Of a stretch of 64,000 nucleotides of DNA, positions 21,586 through 30,926 are shown in pieces. Both the position numbers and the translations under genes were made by a program. The first letter of the stretch is position 1. The number at the start of each line of letters is the position of its first letter. Under the pieces are notes generated by a model that saw nothing but the letters and a program-made list of their open reading frames with translations, had not been told where the DNA came from and did not search any database. Source of the DNA: Vulcanimicrobiota bacterium. GTDB lineage: Bacteria > Vulcanimicrobiota > Vulcanimicrobiia > Vulcanimicrobiales > Vulcanimicrobiaceae. The stretch is from contig CAWGBN010000006.1 in the NCBI GenBank assembly GCA_963820825.1, positions 128,001-192,000 of the forward strand, read 5' to 3'.

Positions 21586-22377
21586 CTACCCTGCTTTCAA
21601 CGCGCCGATCAGGCGCCCGAAAAACGTTTGATTGTCGAAGCTGGTGAAGGGAACGAGCTCACCTTCGAGGCGCCGCGCGATCTTCTCGTAGATCGCTCGC
21701 AGGCGGTTCGTCTCGTTGAGGACGATCGGTTCCCCGCGGTTGGTGGTGTCGATGACCTCTTCGTCGTCGGGCACGACGCCGAGCAGCTCGATCGAGAGCA
21801 CGTCGCAGACGTCTTCGACCGAGAGCATGTCGCCGCTACGCACCATCTCGGGGCGCAACCGGTTGACGATCAAGCGAATCGGCTTCCCCGCCTCGGAAAT
21901 CTTTCCGACGACGCGGTCGGCGTCGCGGATCGCGCTGACCTCGGGCGTCGTGACGACGATCGCTTCGGTCGCCCCGGCGACGGCGTTACGAAAGCCGGTT
22001 TCGATCCCCGCCGGGCAGTCGATCAGCACGTAATCGGAAACCTCCGCGGCGCTCTCGACGATTCCGGCAAACTGCTCCGCGGTGATCGCGTCCTTCTCGC
22101 GCGTCTGTGCGGCCGGCAGGATCGAGAGCGAATCGAAGCGCTTGTCTTTGATGAGCGCCTGGCGAAGCTGGCAGCGCCCTTCGGCGACCTCCACGAGGTC
22201 GAAGACGATGCGCTTCTCTAAGCCGAGGACCAAGTCCAAATTGCGAAGGCCGATGTCGGCGTCGATCAGGATGACGCGCTTGCCGCGCTTGGCCAAAGTC
22301 GCTCCGAGATTTGCCGTCGTCGTCGTCTTTCCGACGCCGCCTTTGCCCGAGGTGACGACGATCCTGCGCGCGCTCAT
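21586..22377 (-). CDS. minD: MinD paralog 1
   Basis: TSGKGGVGKTT, DADIGLRNLD, DCPAGIE, tail FFGRLIGAL. Confidence 0.95.
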   Translation of the reverse strand: MSARRIVVTSGKGGVGKTTTTANLGATLAKRGKRVILIDADIGLRNLDLVLGLEKRIVFDLVEVAEGRCQLRQALIKDKRFDSLSILPAAQTREKDAITAEQFAGIVESAAEVSDYVLIDCPAGIETGFRNAVAGATEAIVVTTPEVSAIRDADRVVGKISEAGKPIRLIVNRLRPEMVRSGDMLSVEDVCDVLSIELLGVVPDDEEVIDTTNRGEPIVLNETNRLRAIYEKIARRLEGELVPFTSFDNQTFFGRLIGALKAG

Positions 22378-23186
22378 GCCAGCGACGCTCCGGCCTGGAA
22401 GTCGGCGAGGCGATCGAGCGCCACGATGGTGATCTGCCCCTCGCGCACGATCGCCGCTTCAGGAATCGGAGCGGCGCGGCGTGTGGCGCTCTCGTCGGCA
22501 GCGATGAAGGTTGCGATCCGCAACTGCGTTGCCGCGAGATCGAGCGCGTAAATGCGAGCCTCGGCATCTCCCTGCGCTCCCGCATGAGCGATTCCGCCGA
22601 GCCGCCCGAAGACCAGAATGTCGCCGGTCGCGACGAGCTCGGCGCCGGGATTGACGTCGCCCACGACCACGATATTTCCGGTATGGTGAAGCGTCTGGCC
22701 GCCGCGCAGCGTCGCCGCATGATAGAGGGTCGTCGGCGCCGCGTCGACCAGCCGAAGCTCGACGGGGCGAGCCGCTTCCGCGGACTCCAGCCGCACGCGG
22801 CGCACGCTCGCCTCGCCGCGCTTTCGCCGTTGCGCGATGTCGTTGCGCGCGCCGGCAAAGTCGGCGACGAGCGAACGCGCCGCTTCCGAGAGACTCGGCT
22901 CCGAGCGCTGGAACTGCAGCGCTTGCGCTTGGGCGAGGGCTTCGAGTGCGTCGAACGAGCCGCGGAGCGCGCGCAGCTCGACGCCGGCGGCTTGAAGAAG
23001 GGAGCGCAAGCGCGTCACGGCGGCCTCCGACGGCTCGTTATCGCCGAAATCGGCCGTCGCGGAGGCCCCTCGATAGAAGCTCGGCTGCTCCGCCAAGCGA
23101 GCTTCCAGCTCGACGAAGGCCTCCTCGAGGTCGCGGCCGGCGAGCGCGACTTCGAGGCCGTCCAGCCGCCCTCGTAAGAGTGTCAC
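22374..23186 (-). CDS. minC: Septum site-determining protein MinC
   Basis: TLRGGQ, GDVNPGAE, GIAHAG, QLRIA; GTG start inferred. Confidence 0.9.
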   Translation of the reverse strand: MTLLRGRLDGLEVALAGRDLEEAFVELEARLAEQPSFYRGASATADFGDNEPSEAAVTRLRSLLQAAGVELRALRGSFDALEALAQAQALQFQRSEPSLSEAARSLVADFAGARNDIAQRRKRGEASVRRVRLESAEAARPVELRLVDAAPTTLYHAATLRGGQTLHHTGNIVVVGDVNPGAELVATGDILVFGRLGGIAHAGAQGDAEARIYALDLAATQLRIATFIAADESATRRAAPIPEAAIVREGQITIVALDRLADFQAGASLA

Positions 23187-23294
23187 GCCGCGCTTTGCGA
23201 GAAGAATGCACCGCATCCCCCTCGCCATCCACAAACGATTCGCAACTTCTTGGCGTTCTCCACATATAATACACAGAGAAGGAAGTCGAAAAGC

Positions 23295-25358
23295 ATGCTC
23301 CGCCGCACGGTTCCCATCTTCGCGATTCTCTCGCTGCTCGTAGGCGCATCTCCCGCGCCGGCTCCCGCCATGTCGACGCAAGCCGAGATTGCCGCAGGGC
23401 AGGCGGAGGACCAGCAGATCGTTGCGAGCAGCGTGGTCGAGACCGATCCGCTTCTCAACGCGTACGTGCAAGGCATCGCCGGCAACCTTTGGAATCAGGT
23501 GCAGCGCAAAGACGTTCCATACTCGATCAAGATTCTCAAGGATAGCCAGATCAATTCCTTTGCGACGATGGGCGGCTTCGTCTACGTCAACGAGGGTCTC
23601 GTCGACTTCGTCCAGTCGGACGACGAGCTTGCGAGCGTCGTCGGACACGAAACCGGTCACATCGAGCGGCGCCACGTCATCACGACCAACTCGAAGGCGG
23701 AGATCCTCAATCTGCTCTTCGGCATCGCTTCGATGTTTTCGCCGATCATCTACGAGTTCGGCGGGCTTGCCGAAGCCGGGCTGATGGCGAAGATCGAGCG
23801 CGGCGACGAGCTTCAAGCCGACCGGTACGGCCTACAGCTCATGTCGCGCGCCGGCTACGATCCCGAGTCGATGGTGACGATGATGGCGCATCTGGGCGTC
23901 TTGCAAGACGAGCATAGCGATGCGGTCACCAAGTATCTGCAAGACCACCCCGATCCGTCCAACCGCGTCGCCCACCTGATGGGTTATCCGGAGCTCGACC
24001 CGTCGGTCGTTACGCCCGCGCAGCAGCTCGTCCAAGCCTCGAGCGACGAAGAGCGCGCGCGTTATGACTTCGCGCGCCTGCGGCTCGATCAGGTGCTGGC
24101 GAAGGATCCGCAGAGTTCCGAAGCGTTGCTCGAGCTGGGTCAATCCGAGCTCGCGCTCGGCCTGCCGAACAAGAGCCAACAGACGCTTGCGGAGGCGGCG
24201 CAGCTCGGTTCGTCGGCGACACGCGCCACCGCCAACGAGCGCATTGCGGCGCTGCGCAAGATGGAAGTGCAAGAGGTAAAGCTGACCAAGAGCGATCCGC
24301 CGGCGAACTTACAAGACGTCGTAAATACTGCGCAGACCGCCCACGCGCAGAATGCGGTCGAGATTCAAGCGCGCGAGGCCGAGGGGAAAGACCAGTTCAA
24401 ATCGGTGCAGAGCCGGATCGATACACTGCAGTACGAGATTCCCGACCTCAGCCGCGTCAACATTCGGCGCGGTTCGCGCGTCGAAGCGATCGTAAAGAAT
24501 CTAACTTCAATGGCCCGCTCGCTCAACAGCGCGCTGCAAGACGCCGGCGGCGGTACGAGCCCGATCGGCGGCGTCGGTACGCTCGAAAAGAACAAAGAGA
24601 CCGGCGCGCTCAAGGAGAGCGCGGACATCTACACCGAGATGCTCGCGCCCTTTGCCATGAAACCGATTCCCACCGAATCGGTGGCGCTCTTCCCTTCCTA
24701 CCCGCAGATGCTCAACGATCTCTCGCGCGCCGACGGGGAGATGTTGCGTTCGGTCGACGCGGCCCGTGCCTCGCTGACGCAGGTCGATCAATCGCTGGGC
24801 GATCTCGACGAGTTCCTCAAGGAGCTCGACCACGCGACGATGACCTATAGCGGCGACATCAGTCCGAACGAGTACGCTGCGTTGGTGCCCTCGATGAAGA
24901 AGTGCGTCGACGAGTTCGACGCGGCGGCGACCGCCGCTTCGCAAGCATCCCAGCTCTTCAACCTCGCTCGCTCGCGCCAGCTCTCAGCGCGGATCACCCT
25001 GCTCGGTCTAGGAACCTCGCCGCAGCTCTACTCGACGCTGAAGTACGCGCTGCAGCAGCGCTTCGGTTCGAGCGGAGTCGACTATCGCACGATGCTCCAC
25101 GACGGTTTGACGCCGGGTGACGTGACCGCCGCGACGATCGTCGCGGCCGACATCAAGAGCACGCCGGAGAGCGTCATCGCCGAAGCAAAGAGCGGCGGCG
25201 AGACGGTCATCGACGTCGCGAACGCGCATAAGATGCATGCCTGGCCATTGGAGATCTTCCTCGGACTCGTCTACCTCGACTACACCGACGATCCCACCAA
25301 AGAGCTGCGCAAAGCCGACGGCAGCCTCGCCGTCGACCTGAACAAGCTCGGCCTCTAA
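23295..25358 (+). CDS. Secreted M48 metalloprotease with TPR and long helical C-terminus
   Basis: Signal peptide, INSFA, HETGH, ELQAD, DHP. Confidence 0.85.
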   Translation: MLRRTVPIFAILSLLVGASPAPAPAMSTQAEIAAGQAEDQQIVASSVVETDPLLNAYVQGIAGNLWNQVQRKDVPYSIKILKDSQINSFATMGGFVYVNEGLVDFVQSDDELASVVGHETGHIERRHVITTNSKAEILNLLFGIASMFSPIIYEFGGLAEAGLMAKIERGDELQADRYGLQLMSRAGYDPESMVTMMAHLGVLQDEHSDAVTKYLQDHPDPSNRVAHLMGYPELDPSVVTPAQQLVQASSDEERARYDFARLRLDQVLAKDPQSSEALLELGQSELALGLPNKSQQTLAEAAQLGSSATRATANERIAALRKMEVQEVKLTKSDPPANLQDVVNTAQTAHAQNAVEIQAREAEGKDQFKSVQSRIDTLQYEIPDLSRVNIRRGSRVEAIVKNLTSMARSLNSALQDAGGGTSPIGGVGTLEKNKETGALKESADIYTEMLAPFAMKPIPTESVALFPSYPQMLNDLSRADGEMLRSVDAARASLTQVDQSLGDLDEFLKELDHATMTYSGDISPNEYAALVPSMKKCVDEFDAAATAASQASQLFNLARSRQLSARITLLGLGTSPQLYSTLKYALQQRFGSSGVDYRTMLHDGLTPGDVTAATIVAADIKSTPESVIAEAKSGGETVIDVANAHKMHAWPLEIFLGLVYLDYTDDPTKELRKADGSLAVDLNKLGL

Positions 25359-25368
25359 GGGAGCAACG

Positions 25369-26355
25369 ATGGCAACCGCCGACGCGCGCAATCTCTTCTC
25401 GCTCGTTCGCAAGAGCATCGACGCTCGGGCCGTGCACGTGCACGTGCGCAAGCCGTTTCGCTTTCTGCTCTGCGGCGATCCGGCGCTCGTCGCCGAACTG
25501 CGGGCGCTCTTGCTCGCCGGAAACGACGGCATCGTTCTTCCGGACGCCGCAGCCTGCTTAGAGACGATTCACCCCGGTGCGCCGCTGGTGACCAATCCCA
25601 GCGAAGTACGCGCCGTGATCTTTCTCGGGCGCGCCGGCGATGCCGCGGCGGCCGACTTCGAGCCGCTGCGAGTTCTGCGGGTGCCGATTCTCGCGCTCAC
25701 CGTCGATCCGAATGCGAGCCTATCCGGACCCTCGTCGCCCCCGGTAGCCGGCGCTTGGAGCGAGTATATCGTTCCGGCAATCGCGCGCGAGCCGCTGCGC
25801 GGACGCTTCTTCGCGCATCTGGTCGAGTGTTCGAGCGGCGTCGAGATCGCCGTCGGACGCAACCTTCCGGTGCTTCGCGAGATCGTGGCCGCCAAACTCA
25901 CGCGCGATGCGTCGAACAACGCACTCAAGGTCGCGCTGGCAAGCGCGGTCGTCGATCACATTCCGGTCGTAGGCATCGTGCTGGGAGCCTTCGCTTCGGC
26001 CGGCGACATGGTTGCCATCACCGGCATTCAGGTGATGCTGATGCTGCATATCGATGCCGCCTACGGCCGCGATCCGGACATGCAGCGCACGTGGCAGCTT
26101 CTACCGGTTATCGGCGGCGGCTTCGGTTGGCGCACGCTGGCGCGCGAGCTCGTCGGCTTCGTTCCGGTCGCGGGAATCGCTATTAAAGGTGCGATCGCTT
26201 ACGCCGGTACGATCGTCGTCGGTGAGGGCGTCACCTTCTTTCACGAGCACGGCGCCCATATGTCGAAGAGTCAAGCGTCGGTGCTCTACGAGCGGGCCAA
26301 GAACGACGCGCTGCGATTCGCGCGCGAGCTCGCAGCGAAACTCTTGCGCCGCTAG
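25369..26355 (+). CDS. Hypothetical protein with YcjF/DUF697-like C-terminal domain
   Basis: IPVVG...D...ITGIQ..M..I..AYG...GFGWRTLARELVGFVPVAG..IKGAIAYAGT. Confidence 0.65.
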   Translation: MATADARNLFSLVRKSIDARAVHVHVRKPFRFLLCGDPALVAELRALLLAGNDGIVLPDAAACLETIHPGAPLVTNPSEVRAVIFLGRAGDAAAADFEPLRVLRVPILALTVDPNASLSGPSSPPVAGAWSEYIVPAIAREPLRGRFFAHLVECSSGVEIAVGRNLPVLREIVAAKLTRDASNNALKVALASAVVDHIPVVGIVLGAFASAGDMVAITGIQVMLMLHIDAAYGRDPDMQRTWQLLPVIGGGFGWRTLARELVGFVPVAGIAIKGAIAYAGTIVVGEGVTFFHEHGAHMSKSQASVLYERAKNDALRFARELAAKLLRR

Positions 26356-26358
26356 AGG

Positions 26359-27468
26359 CTATCCAAGGCGCTCGAGCAGCGCTTCGTCGTCCAGAGGCTG
26401 CAGGTCGACGGGTACGCGTGGACGCACCGGAGCGGCAAGCTGCGCGGCGATGATGCGCCGGCGCTGCGGCGCAATCGCATCGCGGCGTTCCAGGAACCGC
26501 TTTACCAGCGCGCGCTCTTCGCCAGAGAGATACGCCGTCGGCGCGTAGGCCGGCTCCTCGTCGGTGCGCGCAAGCTCCGTCCCCGGCGCGATCCCGTTGG
26601 CATCGGCGCGCGCGCGCAGGTCGAAGTAGTAGACGGCCAAGACCAGCGCAACGAACGGCGTGACGAGCGTACGAACGGCTGCGTCGATCGTCACGTAGGC
26701 CGCCGGCAGATGCGAGAACTCTAGGAAACCGAGCATGTCAGCGAGCGCGATCGAGAGGCTCGCAATCGCGCCGACCGCAAGCCCGCAGAGCAGCGCGCGT
26801 CCGAGCTCGTGCCGGGTGAGAACCCGTCCGGCGTTCAATCGCAGCGACGCGCCCGCATCGAGATCCTCGACGACGACGCCGTAGAGCGCACACGCGATCG
26901 TAACGACGAGCGCGAGCAGCACGAAACCGATCGCGACGAGCACGAAGCTCACCGCGAGCGTCGCGACGAACGGGAGCAGCGCTGCGGCAAAGGCCGCGGC
27001 GGCAAAGACGGGAATCGCCGCCACGAGGATCGAGACGCCGTACGCGGCGCAGACGACGAGCACCGCGACTGCGACCAGCGCGAGGATCGAGGACCAGCGT
27101 GCGACCACGACCGCGTAACAGGCGCGAAACTCGACGCGTTCGCCGCGATAGAGGCGGGCGACGCCGACGCCGACGGCACTCGTCGCGAAAGCGAGCAATA
27201 CGTAGCCCACGAGGACCGAGAGGAGCGCGAGCCCGAGCGCGGCCGGCGAGAGCGCCGGCAAGTGCTCCGCGCGCAACCGCTCCGGATGCTGCAAGATCTC
27301 CAGCGACGCATCGAGCTGCGGTTGCTCGAAGAGGTCGACGGCGTATTGCACGATGGCGAACGGCACGATCGCCACGAGCGCGAGCGCGGCGAAGGCCGCA
27401 AAGTAACGAGCGTATAACGCGAACGCCCGGTTGAAGATTCCGCCTAAGTCGAGCGGTCGCAGGTCCAT
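26359..27468 (-). CDS. Polytopic membrane protein (LRPLDLG...YYFDLRAR type)
   Basis: Several TM helices followed by a soluble helical tail. Confidence 0.7.
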   Translation of the reverse strand: MDLRPLDLGGIFNRAFALYARYFAAFAALALVAIVPFAIVQYAVDLFEQPQLDASLEILQHPERLRAEHLPALSPAALGLALLSVLVGYVLLAFATSAVGVGVARLYRGERVEFRACYAVVVARWSSILALVAVAVLVVCAAYGVSILVAAIPVFAAAAFAAALLPFVATLAVSFVLVAIGFVLLALVVTIACALYGVVVEDLDAGASLRLNAGRVLTRHELGRALLCGLAVGAIASLSIALADMLGFLEFSHLPAAYVTIDAAVRTLVTPFVALVLAVYYFDLRARADANGIAPGTELARTDEEPAYAPTAYLSGEERALVKRFLERRDAIAPQRRRIIAAQLAAPVRPRVPVDLQPLDDEALLERLG

Positions 27469-27524
27469 CTCGCGCGCGCCTTCGGGCCAGGCAATCCAAT
27501 CACCCCCGATGAAGCGGAGCGCCG

Positions 27525-28166
27525 ATGCTCTTGGGAACGATCGAGGCGGCGCGACGATATCCGGTCAAGGGACTGCGCGGCGTACGGCTCGACTGCGTCG
27601 ACGTCGCAGACTCCGGCATTCCCGGCGACCGCGCGAGCGCGCTCTTCGTGCGCGACGGTCACGCCCGCGTGGGAAAGACCTATCGCGGTAAGGAGGACGA
27701 CCGGCTGCATCTGCTCTCCGATGCACAAATCGCGTGCGCGGCCGCGCTCGATCGCGGCGTCGACGTGGAACTGCGTCCCGGCGATCACTTCTTCGACGCC
27801 GCACCGATCTCGATCGTCGTCGACCGCTGGCTCGACGGCGTCAGCGCGCACGTCGGATACGCGGTGGAGTGGGAACGCTTTCGACCGAACTTCTTCGTGC
27901 GCAGCGTCGCCGGCTTCGACGCAAATGAAGACGACCTCGTCGGCGCCGAGCTGCGCGTGGGAACGGCGCGCTTGCGCGTGCGCAAGCCGATCGAACGCTG
28001 CGTCACCATCAACTACGACCTGCGCGGCGCGCCGAGCGATCCGCGAATCCTTCGGTTTCTCGCCGAGCGTCGCGAAGCGCAGTTGGGCATTTACTGCGAC
28101 GTCGTCGAGCCGGGTCGAGCCGCTCTGGGCGATTGCCTGATACGAGAGGCGCCGCTGCACTCGTAA
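27525..28166 (+). CDS. MOSC domain protein
   Basis: RYPVKG, GDR, RFRPN, ERC, GIY. Confidence 0.9.
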   Translation: MLLGTIEAARRYPVKGLRGVRLDCVDVADSGIPGDRASALFVRDGHARVGKTYRGKEDDRLHLLSDAQIACAAALDRGVDVELRPGDHFFDAAPISIVVDRWLDGVSAHVGYAVEWERFRPNFFVRSVAGFDANEDDLVGAELRVGTARLRVRKPIERCVTINYDLRGAPSDPRILRFLAERREAQLGIYCDVVEPGRAALGDCLIREAPLHS

Positions 28167-28259
28167 CGGCGCCTCTCTCCCCCACACCCGGTGCCGTCTA
28201 CGATACCGCGGCGCGGCGCGGGCGGCCCTAATCAAGAATCATTAGACCGGTCGGCACTG

Positions 28260-28280
28260 CCGATTGGAAGCTCCAATCGG
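28260..28280. terminator. Perfect hairpin between convergent MOSC gene and recR
   Basis: CCGATTGGA-AGC-TCCAATCGG; no clear U-tract. Confidence 0.4.
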
Positions 28281-28285
28281 AAAGT

Positions 28286-28894
28286 TTAAAGCACGCGCCG
28301 GCCTTCCAGCGCTTTGGCGATCGTCACCTCGTCGGCATAATCTAGGTCGCCGCCGATCGGCAGCCCGTAGGCTAATCGCGTCACCACGACACCGAGCGGC
28401 TGCAGCAAGCGCGAAAGGTAGAGTGCCGTCGCTTCGCCTTCGGCGTTCGGATTCGTTGCCAGAATGATCTCCCGCGGGTCTTCGCGGCCGACGCGCTCGA
28501 CGAGCTCCTTGACGTGCAGCTGGCCCGGACCGATTCCGTCCATCGGCGAGATGAGGCCGCCCAGCACGTGGTAACGTCCCTTGAACGCGCCCGTGCGCTC
28601 GATCGCGTAGACGTCCTTCGCCTCCGCGACGACGCAGATGGTCGCGCCGTCGCGCCGATCGTCCGTGCAGAACTCGCACGGATCCGATTCGGCAAGCGAA
28701 TAGCAGATGGAGCAGAAGCGGACGTTGTCTTTGACCGCGAGTATCGCTTCGGCGAGACTCTGCGCTTCGTGACGCGGACGGTTCAGCAAGTAGAAGACCA
28801 GACGCGCCGCCGTCTTCGGCCCGATCGTCGGCAACTTGGACAGTTCGTTGATCAGCCGCGCAATGGGACTAGGAGCCTGTCCGACCTGGGTCAC
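28286..28894 (-). CDS. recR: Recombination protein RecR
   Basis: LPTIGPKTAARL, C4 zinc finger, YHVLGG, NAEGEATA. Confidence 0.96.
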   Translation of the reverse strand: MTQVGQAPSPIARLINELSKLPTIGPKTAARLVFYLLNRPRHEAQSLAEAILAVKDNVRFCSICYSLAESDPCEFCTDDRRDGATICVVAEAKDVYAIERTGAFKGRYHVLGGLISPMDGIGPGQLHVKELVERVGREDPREIILATNPNAEGEATALYLSRLLQPLGVVVTRLAYGLPIGGDLDYADEVTIAKALEGRRVL

Positions 28895-29199
28895 ATCAAT
28901 CCCGGAACGCGTATGCCCCCGGTCGCCGATGCCATTCGTTTCTGCGACGCCTCGTTCGCCTTGCTCAGCGCATCGTTCATCGCAACCGCGACGAGGTCTT
29001 CGAGCGTGTCGACGTCGTCGGGATCGACGGCCTCTTTCGCAATCCTCACCCGCTGCACGCGCTGGTCGCAACTGAGCTCGACCGTTACCGCGCCGCCGGC
29101 AGCGCTCCCGCTGACGATCGTCTTGGCGAGCTCTTCTTGCGCCTTCTGCATCTCGGCCTGCATCTTCTTGAACTGCGCCATCAAATGAGCTTGATTCAT
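28891..29199 (-). CDS. YbaB/EbfC nucleoid-associated protein
   Basis: GGAVTV, DPDDVDTLEDLV; lies between dnaX and recR. Confidence 0.93.
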   Translation of the reverse strand: MNQAHLMAQFKKMQAEMQKAQEELAKTIVSGSAAGGAVTVELSCDQRVQRVRIAKEAVDPDDVDTLEDLVAVAMNDALSKANEASQKRMASATGGIRVPGLM

Positions 29200-29201
29200 G
29201 A

Positions 29202-30797
29202 TTACCGTATCCGTTCGTTTGCGTAATCGAAGAGCGCGTCGGGAGTCTCGTCGGAGGCCGCCGCCGCGCGCGCTGCGTTTCCATCGATGCGCAGCCGTAC
29301 CTGCATCGGCGCGCCGAGAACGTCGGCGATCGCCGCTTCGATCAGCGCGGAGTGGTCGCGCAGAGCGTCCGCGCTCCATGCATTGGGCAGCTTGAGCACG
29401 ATTGCGTTCCCCTCGACCGCATCGATCGCCGCGCGCGACAACGGAGCGCTGAGCGACTGGCGCCGGCTCTCGATTTTGCCGCGGATGCTCTGCCAGGCCG
29501 CGCGAACCTTCTGCACCGAGATCGTCGCTGCGCGCTTGGGTTCCGGTTCGGCCTTCACGTCGGCAGCGGCGGGCGGCTCTGCCACCGGTTCCGGCGCCGT
29601 TGCCGACGGCGTCGCAGCGGGCATTGCAGCGGACGTTGTCGTGGACGTTGCCGCCGGACGCTCTTCGAGGGCGGCAACGCGCGCGGCGAGCGCGTCGAGG
29701 GTCGGATCCTCGCTCGTGAGGATGTAGCGCAGCAGCGCGGTCTCGAGCTCGAGCCGAGCGTTGCCGCCGGAACGCGCGAGCGCGAGCGCGTCGCCGAAGG
29801 TTCGTATCGCCCGCAGGACCATTGCCTGCGAGATCCCTTCCGCCGCACGCGCAACGCGCGCTGCATCCTCCGATGCGAGATCGCGCAGGAGCAGCGCCGG
29901 ATCGATTCGCGCTACCAAGAGGTTGCGAAAGGCTACGATCAGCGAGCGGATGAGAAGCTGCAGATCGCTTCCGGCATCGCTCGCCTCCTCGACGACGGCC
30001 AGCGCCGCGGCCGCGTCGCGCGCCAGCGCCGCGTCGAGCAGCGCCTGCGTAAACGTCCGGCTCGTCGCCCCAAATGCAAGATCGAGCGTCTCGATCGTCG
30101 CGGGTCTCCCTCCGGAGAAGGCGGCGAGCTGCTCGAGCATCGTCAGCGCGTCGCGCAACCCGCCGTCGGCCCGGTATGCAATCGCCGCCAACGCTTCCTC
30201 GTCGACCGCGATCTTCTCGGCCGCGGCGATCTCCTTCATCTTCTCGATCATGACCGGCACGGCGATTCGACGAAATGCGTAGCGTTGGCAGCGCGAGAGA
30301 ATCGTTACCGGCAGCCGCTCGGGCTCGGTCGTGGCGAGAATGAAGACGGCGTGCGGCGGCGGCTCCTCGAGCGTCTTGAGAAAGGCGTTCGCGCCTTCCT
30401 TGGTGAGCATATGCGCTTCATCGATGATGTAGATCTTCATGCGCATCGTCGCCGGCGCGAATTTGACCGCCTCCCGCAGCGTGCGAATCTCGTCGATACC
30501 CCGATTGCTGGCCGCGTCGATCTCGAGGACGTCCAGCGCGGTCCCGGCCAGCATCGCCCGACAATTCTCGCAGGTATTGTCCGGAACGGCGGTCGGCCCG
30601 TTCTCGCAGTTGATGCAGCGTGCTAGAATCTTAGCAGCCGAGGTCTTTCCGGAGCCTCGTGGCCCGGAGAAAAGGTAGGCGTGAGCGAGCTTTCCGCTTT
30701 CGATCGCCGCGGTCAACGTGCGTACAACCGCATCTTGGCCAACCAGATCGGCAAACGTTCGGGGGCGCCAGGTGCGGTAGAGGGACACGGCGCTCAA
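29202..30797 (-). CDS. dnaX: DNA polymerase III subunit gamma/tau
   Basis: LYRTWRP, GPRGSGKT, IDAASN, DEAHML, SRCQ. Confidence 0.96.
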   Translation of the reverse strand: MSAVSLYRTWRPRTFADLVGQDAVVRTLTAAIESGKLAHAYLFSGPRGSGKTSAAKILARCINCENGPTAVPDNTCENCRAMLAGTALDVLEIDAASNRGIDEIRTLREAVKFAPATMRMKIYIIDEAHMLTKEGANAFLKTLEEPPPHAVFILATTEPERLPVTILSRCQRYAFRRIAVPVMIEKMKEIAAAEKIAVDEEALAAIAYRADGGLRDALTMLEQLAAFSGGRPATIETLDLAFGATSRTFTQALLDAALARDAAAALAVVEEASDAGSDLQLLIRSLIVAFRNLLVARIDPALLLRDLASEDAARVARAAEGISQAMVLRAIRTFGDALALARSGGNARLELETALLRYILTSEDPTLDALAARVAALEERPAATSTTTSAAMPAATPSATAPEPVAEPPAAADVKAEPEPKRAATISVQKVRAAWQSIRGKIESRRQSLSAPLSRAAIDAVEGNAIVLKLPNAWSADALRDHSALIEAAIADVLGAPMQVRLRIDGNAARAAAASDETPDALFDYANERIR

Positions 30798-30926
30798 ACT
30801 TTAGCAGGCCGTTTCAGGGCGCCTGCCGGAGGGTATGGTTGCAACGAGTCCTCCCGGCGAGCGGTTATGAGTGTTGCTTCCCAGGCGGCGGCGCTTGGTC
30901 ATTTGTGGGATAGATAGACGATACCC

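Noticed and set aside
29202..30797. Programmed gamma/tau frameshift in dnaX
   Set aside because: No A-AAA-AAG or poly-A slippery site seen
30798..30926. SRP RNA (ffs) upstream of dnaX
   Set aside because: Hairpins and a GGAAGCA-like stretch exist, but the CAGG..GGAAGGAAGCAG domain IV motif is absent
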